Shown here in pieces: positions 1 through 8,009 of a stretch of 47,435 nt of DNA. Made by a program: the position numbers and the translations under genes. Under the pieces are notes generated by a model. It did not search any database and was not told where the DNA came from. It worked only from the letters and a program-made list of their open reading frames with translations. The stretch is from Planctomycetota bacterium (lineage in GTDB: Bacteria > Planctomycetota > GCA-002687715 > DRQF01): contig JAZGFI010000171.1 in the NCBI GenBank assembly GCA_036479435.1, positions 1-47,435 of the forward strand, in the 5' to 3' direction. Position 1 is the first letter of the stretch. Every line of letters starts with the position of its first letter.

Positions 1-127
1 CAGGTGCCGGCACGTCCGATAAACGCGAGGGCGGATAGCCCACCCACGCTCCACACGAGTTGCTGGCTTTGCGTAGCCCACGCAGCCGTGGCCAGCACGA
101 GCACGTAGGCGCAAAGCCAGAGTGTGG
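1..127. repeat. 127-bp terminal direct repeat, copy 1 (circular-assembly overlap)
   Basis: Identical to 47309-47435; 127 is a common assembler k-mer; an ORF reads through the junction. Confidence 0.95.
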
Positions 128-140
128 AGCGTTCGTTCAT
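1..140 (-). CDS. 5' part of a junction-spanning membrane protein (continues at 47308..47089; about 119 aa)
   Basis: ATG at 140 gives MNERSTLWLCAYVLVLATAAWAT..., in frame with track ORF 47089..47412; hydrophobic N-terminus then CRDC. Confidence 0.7.
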   Translation of the reverse strand, partial: MNERSTLWLCAYVLVLATAAWATQSQQLVWSVGGLSALAFIGRAGT

Positions 141-142
141 GG

Positions 143-541
143 CTAGATGTGGCAGGCGAATGTCTTGCTCATCGAAGGCGCAAGGCCTTGGCCTAGGGTA
201 AGGCCCACCGACTCGAGTGCGTCGTCTTGCGAGTCGAACGTGGCCACGACGATGTCGCCGTCGAACACGACGCAGGCACCGTCTCGCATGATAACACGCA
301 CGTTCGTCATGGGCGTACGCTCGCGAGCGATGGTCACATCGGCGGCGAGGCCCTCGCCATCCCCGAGGCTGCATGCGACCAGGGCGGCTTGCTTGGTCCG
401 ATACGGGCCGACGCCTGATAGCTCGTGGCCATCGCGGAGTACGAGGTAGCCGCGACTCGAGTTGGCAACCTCTAGAGTTACTTCCCTCGTGTCACCGTTG
501 GGCGTAGGCAGGTGTAGGTATTTACGGGCGATGATGGTCAT
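143..541 (-). CDS. hypothetical early protein with two similar halves
   Basis: AGGAG upstream of ATG 541; halves YLVLRDG..YRTKQAAL..GEGLA and CVVFDGD..FDSQDDAL..GQGLA. Confidence 0.65.
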   Translation of the reverse strand: MTIIARKYLHLPTPNGDTREVTLEVANSSRGYLVLRDGHELSGVGPYRTKQAALVACSLGDGEGLAADVTIARERTPMTNVRVIMRDGACVVFDGDIVVATFDSQDDALESVGLTLGQGLAPSMSKTFACHI

Positions 542-575
542 GACTGCTCTCCTATCGTCTGAGTTGAGCTCACCT

Positions 576-809
576 TTAGACGGCGAGCGGGATTGTGTCT
601 TCGCCCCACGGTGGCTCACTGCGGCATCGGTCACGTGCGAGCTCCATATGGGCCAGCGCTTCGGCCACAGCGCGCTGGCGTTGCTCGGCGTACTTGCGGC
701 ACATGTCTGATTGCTCTTTGAGGCTGTCGTCTAGGGTGAAGAGCTCAAGCGTGTCGTAGAGCTCGGCTAGGGTCTTGATGGTGGCATTGATGCGGTCACG
801 TGGGCTCAT
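576..809 (-). CDS. hypothetical helical protein
   Basis: MSPRDRINATIK...; start overlaps the upstream stop. Confidence 0.65.
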   Translation of the reverse strand: MSPRDRINATIKTLAELYDTLELFTLDDSLKEQSDMCRKYAEQRQRAVAEALAHMELARDRCRSEPPWGEDTIPLAV

Positions 810-1261
810 ACGCGTGTCCCCTTGTGCTCCACGACGTAGCCAAAGGTGCGGAAGGTATCCAAGCATGCGACGGGCCTTTGGCCATAGGCACACTCATCAT
901 TGTAGTCACCCGCGCGTTCTTCCGCTGTGGTCTTGGGGTCACCAACATCGTCTTCACGAAAGAGCACGATGTCCGCGTTTTCCTCGTGTATGGCGAGAGC
1001 TCCGGGGTTGATGGGCGCACCTTCGTCTGTGCCGAGGTCGCGCTTGCTCACAAGGTATGAGGCCCAGTCGACGGCCTCGCTATAGTCACCTACACATGGC
1101 TGGTCGTGGAGGTTGCGTAGCTCATCGACGGCGTCCTCTAGTTCTTGGGGAGTGCAGTCGTCGCTGGTCCAGTCGGAGCACGCGAGCGATTCGTAGAGGT
1201 CAATGACCTCTTGTTTAGCGAGGTCGATGAGGGATTGGCGGGCTTTCTGGGCATTGCTCAT
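806..1261 (-). CDS. acidic early protein, possible ArdA-like DNA mimic
   Basis: 151 aa with 33 D/E versus 13 K/R; segment CVGDYSEAVDWASYLV; AAGGA upstream. Confidence 0.55.
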   Translation of the reverse strand: MSNAQKARQSLIDLAKQEVIDLYESLACSDWTSDDCTPQELEDAVDELRNLHDQPCVGDYSEAVDWASYLVSKRDLGTDEGAPINPGALAIHEENADIVLFREDDVGDPKTTAEERAGDYNDECAYGQRPVACLDTFRTFGYVVEHKGTRV

Positions 1262-1350
1262 GGTATGTTCCTTGCTGCTTTGGTGAATGCTGCGAGGGCA
1301 GCGGCAAGCCGCTCGAATGCGGCGTCGATGGGGTCTTTCATAGTGTGGTC

Positions 1351-1491
1351 CTACTCGTCGTGGTCGCTGTAGACGGGCGGCGAGACATCGCAGCAACCCG
1401 TGTCGTGGCATTCATCGCAGCCCATACCGATGCACTCGAGGCACATGCCGGGTTCGGGGACATCGATGGGGTATTCGGGGTAGTCGTTCAT
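1351..1491 (-). CDS. 46-aa acidic zinc-finger micro-protein (not in ORF track)
   Basis: MNDYPEYPIDVPEPGMCLECIGMGCDECHDTGCCDVSPPVYSDHDE; DnaJ-type CxxCxGxG pattern; GGAG upstream. Confidence 0.6.
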   Translation of the reverse strand: MNDYPEYPIDVPEPGMCLECIGMGCDECHDTGCCDVSPPVYSDHDE

Positions 1492-1493
1492 GG

Positions 1494-1652
1494 CTAGACT
1501 CCAAAGGCGAGGGCAAGGGTGGATTCAAGGTCGCGCTCGAGCTCGGAGACGCGGCGGGTGAGGCTCTTGATGGGCAAGACGCTGGCTTGGCGCCGGGCTG
1601 CCTTGAGTTGACGGCGAAGGGAGGAGACGATGTTTTGAGTTGCGGCGGGCAT
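1494..1652 (-). CDS. small basic coiled-coil protein
   Basis: MPAATQNIVSSLRRQLK...; AAGGA upstream. Confidence 0.6.
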   Translation of the reverse strand: MPAATQNIVSSLRRQLKAARRQASVLPIKSLTRRVSELERDLESTLALAFGV

Positions 1653-1662
1653 GATGTGGTCC

Positions 1663-1764
1663 TTAGTTGGCGGCACAGCCGAGGGCGAAGGCGAGGGCAG
1701 CGACCCAAGCGCCGAGGAGGGCGTGTGAGGGGGAGGAAAGGATGTGGCTGATTGCTTTGTTCAT
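1663..1764 (-). CDS. 33-aa hydrophobic micro-protein
   Basis: MNKAISHILSSPSHALLGAWVAALAFALGCAAN fills the gap in the operon. Confidence 0.4.
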   Translation of the reverse strand: MNKAISHILSSPSHALLGAWVAALAFALGCAAN

Positions 1765-1788
1765 GGGTCTGTCTGCTTTCTTGCTGGG

Positions 1789-1950
1789 TTACCAGCGGCT
1801 GGGGTCTTGCTCGGCGGCATCTTGGGCTTGGTCGTAGGCACGAGCAGCTCGGCGGCACGCCTTGCGGGTGGCTTTGGTGCTGCGCTCGTACATCGCGTCA
1901 CGAGCGGCGAAGTAGCGGGCGGCGGCTTGGCTGAGTGCGTCGTTGCTCAT
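1789..1950 (-). CDS. first gene of the leftward early operon (53 aa, leaderless)
   Basis: TACAGT-6nt-ATG; MSNDALSQAAARYF... Confidence 0.6.
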   Translation of the reverse strand: MSNDALSQAAARYFAARDAMYERSTKATRKACRRAARAYDQAQDAAEQDPSRW

Positions 1951-2585
1951 GTATCTACTGTAGTGCGGGTCTACTGTCGTGCCCACGCCCTTGTGACGTT
2001 TCTTGGTGCCCAAAGCGGGACACAACCACAGCATGCGTGCAGGCAGGAGACGGGAAGGTGAGGCTGCGCAAAACGAGTCGGCGGTCCACTGCCTTCTTGG
2101 CTCCAATGGGAGTAGGATGGAACACAGACCCCGTGAGCTGGGGTGCTTGGCGAAGGCTGCGGTGTTCCCACAACTCCTCATGCGCTGCTGTCCATTGCGG
2201 CCCGGAGGGTCGCGCGAGCGGCGCTAGCCGCCTTGCGGGACGCCTTCACCCACATACACCTCGTACACAGCTGCTACGCCATGGAACCCAGCTCACACAC
2301 ACGCCGTGCCCGCTCCGAGGACGACTGGCCCCATTCTCCCGAACCCTAGGGCGCACCCTCCGGGCCCTGGGGTGGGTATGGCTCTACAGCCCTGTTATGG
2401 AGGGGTTGGTGCCGCGCTGGGGCTGTGCCGCTGGCCAACGGCCCACGCCCGGACGCCTGAGGCAGTGGCCGCCGCGCTCGCACGCCCATGTGTCCCGGCC
2501 TGGGGCGGAGGGTACCACCGGTGGGAGGCCGGCCCCTGTCAGGGGGCCACTCCCCACACCCTGAACTTCAGCATCTAGCCCATCG

Positions 2586-2598
2586 CTCTACAGTAGAG
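2586..2598. promoter_or_regulatory. operator family A, CTCTACWGTAGAG
   Basis: Perfect-arm copies at 2586, 15303, 46794; variants at 1953, 3142, 22404. Confidence 0.65.
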
Positions 2599-2995
2599 TC
2601 ACCACCAAACCCCCTTCTACGCATGCGCAACCCCGCCTGTTAGAATCGAATATGGAAGAACCCAACGAGCCAGTACCCCGAATACGGCATAATACGAAGG
2701 ACGCGCACCCCTATATGACCCATGGAGGCGTCCATCGGAGCCTCTGGAGGGTGAAAGTGCCGCGTTTGGGGTAAGAATCGTAGGGAAAGGTAAGCCTATA
2801 CACGCCCCACCTCCCACCTTTACCTACAAGTTTTGCCCTGTAATGAGTGTAAGGGCGAGCGGAAAAGGGTGCTGAATAAGACTTTACGTCGGCTAAGTCG
2901 ATGGTTTTACTTTTGGGGGCCTGTTTGGGATGGGAAGGTGCGTGCGAATGGCATGGAGTGATGGGTTTTCTTCACGGTAGACACGCGCTGTCAAA

Positions 2996-3014
2996 TGGCG
3001 TTACAGTGACGGCA
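2996..3014. promoter_or_regulatory. operator family B, TGRCGYTACWRTGACGSCA, overlapping a -10 box
   Basis: Copies at 2996, 3443, 16790, 46846. Confidence 0.65.
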
Positions 3015-3160
3015 CGCGGCTCGCCGGTCTGGCCCCGTTAGCCGCCAGTCAACGCGGGGGTAGGTCAGACTTCCCCGCAACGTCGAACCGGCCGCCGGCA
3101 GCTTGTCCCCCTCGGGTCAATCGCCGCCGGGGGTCGCTTTACACTACTGTAGAGTCGCCC

Positions 3161-3445
3161 ATGGCCACGGTCCTACCACCACGACGCATCGTCATGGGCA
3201 GCCCAAACGAGGAGCGGCGATTCCGGGAGGCAGTCGGCCTGCGGGTCAAGGAGGCACGGCTCTCGGTCTGGCTGACGCAGCAGGAAGTCGCGGATGCCAT
3301 CGACTTGTCCCGCCCGTCACTAGCGAACATCGAGAAGGGCCGCCAAGGCAGCGTGCAGCTTCGGACACTACGCAGGCTTGGGAGGCTGTTTCAGATGGAC
3401 TACCGTGACTTTTTGCCGGCGGGGTTGACTCGCCCCTGCTTTTGA
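3161..3445 (+). CDS. XRE/Cro-CI family HTH transcriptional regulator
   Basis: VGLRVKEARLSVWLTQQEVADAIDLSRPSLANIEKGRQ matches the HTH_3 pattern. Confidence 0.9.
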   Translation: MATVLPPRRIVMGSPNEERRFREAVGLRVKEARLSVWLTQQEVADAIDLSRPSLANIEKGRQGSVQLRTLRRLGRLFQMDYRDFLPAGLTRPCF

Positions 3446-3649
3446 CGTTACTATGACGCCACGTAGTCCGGCATCCTGGAGTGGGCGGGTAGCTGCGAGG
3501 TCGTCGAGCCTCATCCGGGCCAGGTCGGAGAAGGAGGCTCGCGCCGTGATTCGGGACCCGGTGCATCTCTTGGGATTGTCTCAGTGAAATGGTCATCGCC
3601 GGGTCCCGCTTTATCTTCTCGGCTAACGCACCTCATCAAACAAACCCCC

Positions 3650-3844
3650 ATGACCGAGCCCTCCCCGACTGCCCTCTTCCAACAAAGCGAGGGCCTCAGT
3701 CACCGTCTCTCCGACCTGCAAGACGACGTCCACCACCTCCGCGACATAGCTAAAGGGCAAGACGCATTGCTCACCTGGCTCGTGTATGGCCAGGGCATGA
3801 TAATGGTCGCCCTGCTTGTTATCCTCTACTTCCTGGTGAGGTGA
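3650..3844 (+). CDS. small coiled-coil protein with C-terminal transmembrane helix
   Basis: MTEPSP...LSDLQDDVHHL...MIMVALLVILYFLVR. Confidence 0.65.
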   Translation: MTEPSPTALFQQSEGLSHRLSDLQDDVHHLRDIAKGQDALLTWLVYGQGMIMVALLVILYFLVR

Positions 3845-3848
3845 CCCC

Positions 3849-4100
3849 ATGCCCAAGACCAAATACACTATGGCCGGAGACGTTATCGAGCTCCGCGCCA
3901 ACGCCGTCACCATCCACGGGCGTAAGGAGGACCGCATCGCCGACTGTGAGGTCGTCGTGCTGCTCGCCGAAACAAAAGCCGACCTCCGGGACGACGAAGC
4001 CCAAAAGTACACCCTCGTGTTCAAGAGCGCCAAACAGATCGATGCGTTCGCCCGTGAGCTCGGTCGCCACCGCCTCGCTGTCTGGCCCATGCACAACTAA
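3849..4100 (+). CDS. hypothetical protein
   Basis: 83-aa ORF tightly packed in the operon. Confidence 0.7.
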   Translation: MPKTKYTMAGDVIELRANAVTIHGRKEDRIADCEVVVLLAETKADLRDDEAQKYTLVFKSAKQIDAFARELGRHRLAVWPMHN

Positions 4101-4104
4101 CCCC

Positions 4105-4326
4105 ATGGCCACCCATACCGACCCAAAGCTCCAATCCGAGCGCGCAGCCATGGCACGCGAACGCACCCGCATCATCGCCTACCTGCGCTTCATGGAGCAA
4201 GAAGACAGTGACGAGCACGCAGGCCGAATCGCCCAAGCCCTCGGAGACGCCGAGCACTGGCAATGCTGGGACGAACTCGACGACGAAGGACAGATGCCTC
4301 CTGGCAAGGCTCCCGGTGCGCCATGA
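4105..4326 (+). CDS. hypothetical protein with ERxxIIAYLR module
   Basis: MATHTDPK...RERTRIIAYLR...IAQALGDAEH, similar to the C-terminal half of 6898..7200. Confidence 0.65.
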   Translation: MATHTDPKLQSERAAMARERTRIIAYLRFMEQEDSDEHAGRIAQALGDAEHWQCWDELDDEGQMPPGKAPGAP

Positions 4327-4596
4327 GGCCCACCCACATGTAGAGGTTTCGGCGCAACCCGCGGAAAATGTCTACACCTTCATCTAGACGCTGTCCCCAA
4401 GTTGCTCTTTCCCCACACTTCCCTACAGGGGCCGCTGCCCTCCCATCCCGGAGAAGGTGGCTTCGCCCCTTCCTTGCCTGCTACGATGCCCCGGGGTCTG
4501 ATGGTGACCCCCTTCGGTCAACGACACGTCACAATCTAGCGCCCGCGGTCCCTCTCCATGCTCCGCGGGCGCACCTAGGGGTAGACCGTCCCTGCC

Positions 4597-4625
4597 TTGA
4601 CGTGGCAGTGACGTCTGTGTAGGGT
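4597..4625 (+). promoter_or_regulatory. sigma70-type promoter TTGACG-17-TAGGGT
   Basis: Canonical spacing; GTGACGTC in spacer. Confidence 0.6.
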
Positions 4626-4630
4626 GGTGC

Positions 4631-4840
4631 TGCACTCTCGGGGGAAGCGAAGGAGGAGCCCTAGGGGCCGGTGCATCGGTCTTGCGAGCAAGCCCTTCGT
4701 GAGAAGCCGTGTTGTGTGCGGGAGGCATGTTTCCCGCGGGGAGCAGATGGCTGACAGTCCAGTTGCTCTGTGTCGCAAGACGCCCGGACCTTCCCATGAG
4801 ACCAGCAATCCGGGTTCCCCACCTTTCCTGCCAAAGGATC
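4631..4840 (+). ncRNA. candidate structured 5' leader or ncRNA (multi-branch)
   Basis: 9-bp closing stem 4679-4687/4773-4781 encloses three hairpins; further stem 4783-4788/4809-4814. Confidence 0.4.
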
Positions 4841-4842
4841 CC

Positions 4843-5535
4843 ATGGGATGTGATATCCACATACTGTTCGAGAAGCGCGAGCTGCAAGGCGCCCCATGGC
4901 GGCTTTTCTCCCCAGTGGTGCACTGCCCGCGGCACAGTGGCACCGACAAGAAGTGCTGGCAATGCGATGCCGCGGGCAGTGCCTACTACGCCAACCGAAA
5001 CTACCACCTCTTCGCCATCCTGGGCAACGTGCGTAACGCATTTGGGACCGCCGGGTGCAAAACCGCCGCAGGAGCGTTTCGCTTCATCAGCGAACACCGG
5101 GGCGTGCCCGACGATGCGAGCCCGCAGCTTCGCTCCATCGCCAACGAGGAGGACTTCGATGCCGGCTACCTCGGCGACCATTCGCTTACCCACGTCAGCC
5201 TCAAAGAGCTCGTGGAGTTCGACTGGGAGCAGAAAAACGTTCTCACGGGCATTATCTCTGCCGAGGCGTTCCTCGAATGGGACGGGAAGTGGCCCGAGGC
5301 CTATTCCGGCGGCATCTTCGGCCCGGGCATTCGCGTTGTGGACTACTTCGTCCCGGCGCTACTCCAGGCTCCGGAGCGGTGGCTCGAGGCTCAAGGGAAT
5401 CCCTCCCATGTGTGCGTTTCCTGGCCCGTGACTTACCGACAGGCGGCCGGCGTAGCATTCATGGCCCTTGTTGAAGCCCTCAAGGCCCACGGCAAGCCGG
5501 AAAACGTCCGGATGGTGTTTGGATTCGACTCATGA
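4843..5535 (+). CDS. conserved phage hypothetical protein (MGCDIH...RNYxLFAIL...VFGFDS type) with inserted Zn knuckle
   Basis: Recognisable N-terminal, central and C-terminal motifs; CPRH..CWQC insert. Confidence 0.8.
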   Translation: MGCDIHILFEKRELQGAPWRLFSPVVHCPRHSGTDKKCWQCDAAGSAYYANRNYHLFAILGNVRNAFGTAGCKTAAGAFRFISEHRGVPDDASPQLRSIANEEDFDAGYLGDHSLTHVSLKELVEFDWEQKNVLTGIISAEAFLEWDGKWPEAYSGGIFGPGIRVVDYFVPALLQAPERWLEAQGNPSHVCVSWPVTYRQAAGVAFMALVEALKAHGKPENVRMVFGFDS

Positions 5536-5729
5536 CACGCGGCGAAGACTACTTCCGGGCCATGCAAAAGCTCTCCCCCAGGGTCTACGGCCCCCATCGC
5601 TGGGAAGACCAGCCGGACCCGGAAGTGTGGGAGGCGTACGCTGACCCGGAGTCTTACGGGCGAAACCCCAAGCCGAAGCTCATCCGCGACGAGAATCGGA
5701 AGCTGTACGGGCAGTGGAAGAAGCCATGA
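5532..5729 (+). CDS. small protein with a degenerate WxxL-type module
   Basis: MTRGEDYFRAM...RWEDQPDPEVWEAYA; ATGA coupling. Confidence 0.65.
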   Translation: MTRGEDYFRAMQKLSPRVYGPHRWEDQPDPEVWEAYADPESYGRNPKPKLIRDENRKLYGQWKKP

Positions 5730-5923
5730 GGAACACGGATGATATCAAGCCCCAGCGTCCCGCGGAGTTCAGCCCCGGTTACATTCTTTGGGCCGCCAAG
5801 TACCACATCGAGATGCTCAAGCTCCGCCACACTGCGGCCATGCAGGAGGCGGGCAACGTGGCCGATGAAATCACTCGGTTCGAGGGATACGTCGCGGAGT
5901 TGGAGCAAGGCGAGAAGCCATGA
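5726..5923 (+). CDS. hypothetical protein
   Basis: MRNTDDIK...; ATGA overlaps on both sides. Confidence 0.65.
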   Translation: MRNTDDIKPQRPAEFSPGYILWAAKYHIEMLKLRHTAAMQEAGNVADEITRFEGYVAELEQGEKP

Positions 5924-6423
5924 AAGCTAGGCCTTTCAGCCTCTCAATCGTGACGGAGCGACAGATCGCCCTATTCGAGGCGAAGATTGACAAATCCGGG
6001 AAGTGCTGGCTTTGGATGGGCAGTCGGGTGAAGGATGGCTATGGCGATCTTTATATCGGTTCGGAGGTGAAGAAAACGAGTCGCGTGGTCAAGGCCCATC
6101 GTCTTGCGTGGCTAATTGAGCATCCGTTCGATACGCTGGGGCCTGATGACTGCGTGCTTCATTCCTGCGACAACCCTCCCTGCTGCCGACCGGATCACCT
6201 ATTTATCGGAACGAAAGCAGACAACAACTATGACAAGCTCGCCAAGGGACGTCATAGGGCGATAAGTGGTGAACAATGCCACAATGCGAAGCTAACGAGG
6301 GCTGACATTCCGGTGATTCGCGCATCGAAGGAGAAGCAGGCAGCGCTCGCGGCTCGCTACGGTGTATCTCATCAGGTGATTTGGATGGTCAAGCGAGGCA
6401 AGGCATGGAGTCACGTCGCATGA
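5920..6423 (+). CDS. HNH endonuclease (HNH_3 type, C-terminal HTH)
   Basis: CWLWMG..GYG..AHRLAW..VLHSCDNPPCCRPDHLFIGTKADNNYD..AKLT. Confidence 0.92.
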   Translation: MKARPFSLSIVTERQIALFEAKIDKSGKCWLWMGSRVKDGYGDLYIGSEVKKTSRVVKAHRLAWLIEHPFDTLGPDDCVLHSCDNPPCCRPDHLFIGTKADNNYDKLAKGRHRAISGEQCHNAKLTRADIPVIRASKEKQAALAARYGVSHQVIWMVKRGKAWSHVA

Positions 6424-6653
6424 CCCTCGAGGATCGGGTGGAGCGGCTCGAAATCCGCGCGGACGAGCTTCGGGACCTTGGCAAGCTCATGGGCGAGCGC
6501 CAAGACAAGGACATCGCTGCGGGCAGGAAGCTAACCGAGGGCACGCTTGCGTTGTGCGAAGATGTCACTGCTCTCAAGGCCCAGGTGGCGGAGCTCGATG
6601 TCATGGTTCTGGCGATTCACGCGGCGATCAAGGACGTGCAGGAGAGAGTATGA
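6420..6653 (+). CDS. coiled-coil protein
   Basis: MTLEDRVERLEIRADEL...; heptad pattern. Confidence 0.65.
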   Translation: MTLEDRVERLEIRADELRDLGKLMGERQDKDIAAGRKLTEGTLALCEDVTALKAQVAELDVMVLAIHAAIKDVQERV

Positions 6654-6901
6654 CCGGCGAAGACTTCATTCTGGATACGATGCCCAAGATCACGCTTCCC
6701 TGGGACACGGAAGGCAAGACCGTGCCTTGGGGCAACGCGGAGGTGACGCTGCGACGCAAGGTCGACTGGTATGGCATTAGCTACTGCTCGGAACCGGGCG
6801 ACAAGGGACTCTGGATAGAGAGCGAGGGCGCATGGATGAAGATCCACCCGTGCTACTCGCCTGTTCATGTGAGGACAGGGGACTTCCGGGAGGGCAAATG
6901 A
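6650..6901 (+). CDS. hypothetical protein
   Basis: MTGEDFILD...; GGAG upstream; ATGA coupling. Confidence 0.65.
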   Translation: MTGEDFILDTMPKITLPWDTEGKTVPWGNAEVTLRRKVDWYGISYCSEPGDKGLWIESEGAWMKIHPCYSPVHVRTGDFREGK

Positions 6902-7200
6902 CCGGTGAAGAGCTGAGAACGAAGGCCATCAACGGTGCCCGCGGGGTCGTCGGCTGGGGCAAGCTGTCTGCGAGCGAGAAGGGCATGTGGAACAATGCTG
7001 TCCGCGAGATTCAGCACGAGAAGGACAAGCTGCTGGTCAGGGTCACCCTTCATGAGCGGGAGAGCATCATTGCGTTCCTTCGGGACAAGTGCGCAGCGCT
7101 CAGGGGAGACCCGGCCCTCGGTCTCTCGGACATGATGATTGGCATGCTCGCGTTCGGGGAAGACCTTGCGAGGATGCTCGAGCGAGGCGAGCACACGTGA
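6898..7200 (+). CDS. two-module hypothetical protein (WxxL module plus ERxxIIAFLR module)
   Basis: GWGKLSASEKGMWNNAV and HERESIIAFLR...LARMLERGEH. Confidence 0.7.
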   Translation: MTGEELRTKAINGARGVVGWGKLSASEKGMWNNAVREIQHEKDKLLVRVTLHERESIIAFLRDKCAALRGDPALGLSDMMIGMLAFGEDLARMLERGEHT

Positions 7201-7700
7201 AGGCTAGGCCATTCTACCTTTCAATCGTGACAGAGCGGCAGCTCGCCTCGTTTGAGGCGAAGATTGATCGGTCTGGCGATTGCTGGCCTTGGACGGCCTC
7301 TAGATGTAGCGTTGGTTATGGCAAGTTTTATATCGGATGGCGTTCCCGGGGCACCCTTCGTTTGGTGGGGTCGCATCGGCTAGCGTGGATGCTGGCGCAT
7401 CCGACCCTGATACTTACATCGGGGGATTTCGTATGTCATCGCTGCGACGTGAAGCTGTGTTGCAACCCGGAGCATCTTTTCCGAGGAACGCCGAATGACA
7501 ATGTCCAGGACATGATGCAAAAGGGCCGCCATCGGGCCACGAGGGGCGAAGAACGCAGCTTCGCCAAGCTAACAGAGAGTGACGTCAGAGCTATCCGGGC
7601 TTCAAATGAGCTTCACCGGGCCCTGGGCGCTCGTTACGGCGTCACTAGAATGACGATTTCTAACATCAGATGTGGCAGGCGATGGGCCCATGTGAAGTGA
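7197..7700 (+). CDS. HNH endonuclease, paralog of 5920..6423
   Basis: GTG start; KARPFYLSIVTERQ..CWPW..SHRLAW..CHRCDVKLCCNPEHL..DN..D. Confidence 0.92.
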   Translation: MKARPFYLSIVTERQLASFEAKIDRSGDCWPWTASRCSVGYGKFYIGWRSRGTLRLVGSHRLAWMLAHPTLILTSGDFVCHRCDVKLCCNPEHLFRGTPNDNVQDMMQKGRHRATRGEERSFAKLTESDVRAIRASNELHRALGARYGVTRMTISNIRCGRRWAHVK

Positions 7701-7751
7701 TGGGGTAATTCCTGTGTTGCTTGGCGTCGCGACGGACAGTAATCTCTCCTT

Positions 7752-7931
7752 GTGAATGGTGGGCAGCTACTTTTCGATCAGATGTTGAGAATCACCCCGG
7801 ACCCGCCGGAGTGGGAAGAGCTTCCTGTAGCCACTAGGGCGCTGTTTGAGGCGGTCGCTGCATTGAAGCTTGCGTTCGTTCATCACACGAGCGCTCCCAA
7901 CGCTCACCCGGTGAAACCCAAAACTGGCTGA
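7752..7931 (+). CDS. 59-aa leaderless WxxL-module protein (not in ORF track)
   Basis: TAATCT-6nt-GTG; MNGGQLLFDQMLRITPDPPEWEELPVATRALFEAVA... Confidence 0.7.
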   Translation: MNGGQLLFDQMLRITPDPPEWEELPVATRALFEAVAALKLAFVHHTSAPNAHPVKPKTG

Positions 7932-8009
7932 CATGTAGCAAACCGGCCAGCCGGCTTCCGGCTGACGGGCCGCTTGCGCTCCGTGGCCGCCAGTTGCATG
8001 GTTGGTTCC

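Noticed and set aside
1..127. Biological terminal repeat
   Set aside because: The length equals a common assembler k-mer and it cuts through a gene, so an assembly overlap is more likely
3517..3541. SRP RNA domain IV-like GGCCAGGTCGGAGAAGGAGGC
   Set aside because: Lacks the conserved AGCAG and the proper tetraloop stem; resemblance only
4624..4842. N-terminal extension of the 303-aa ORF
   Set aside because: The family motif starts at MGCDIH (4843); the GTG overlaps the -10 box and the region folds as RNA
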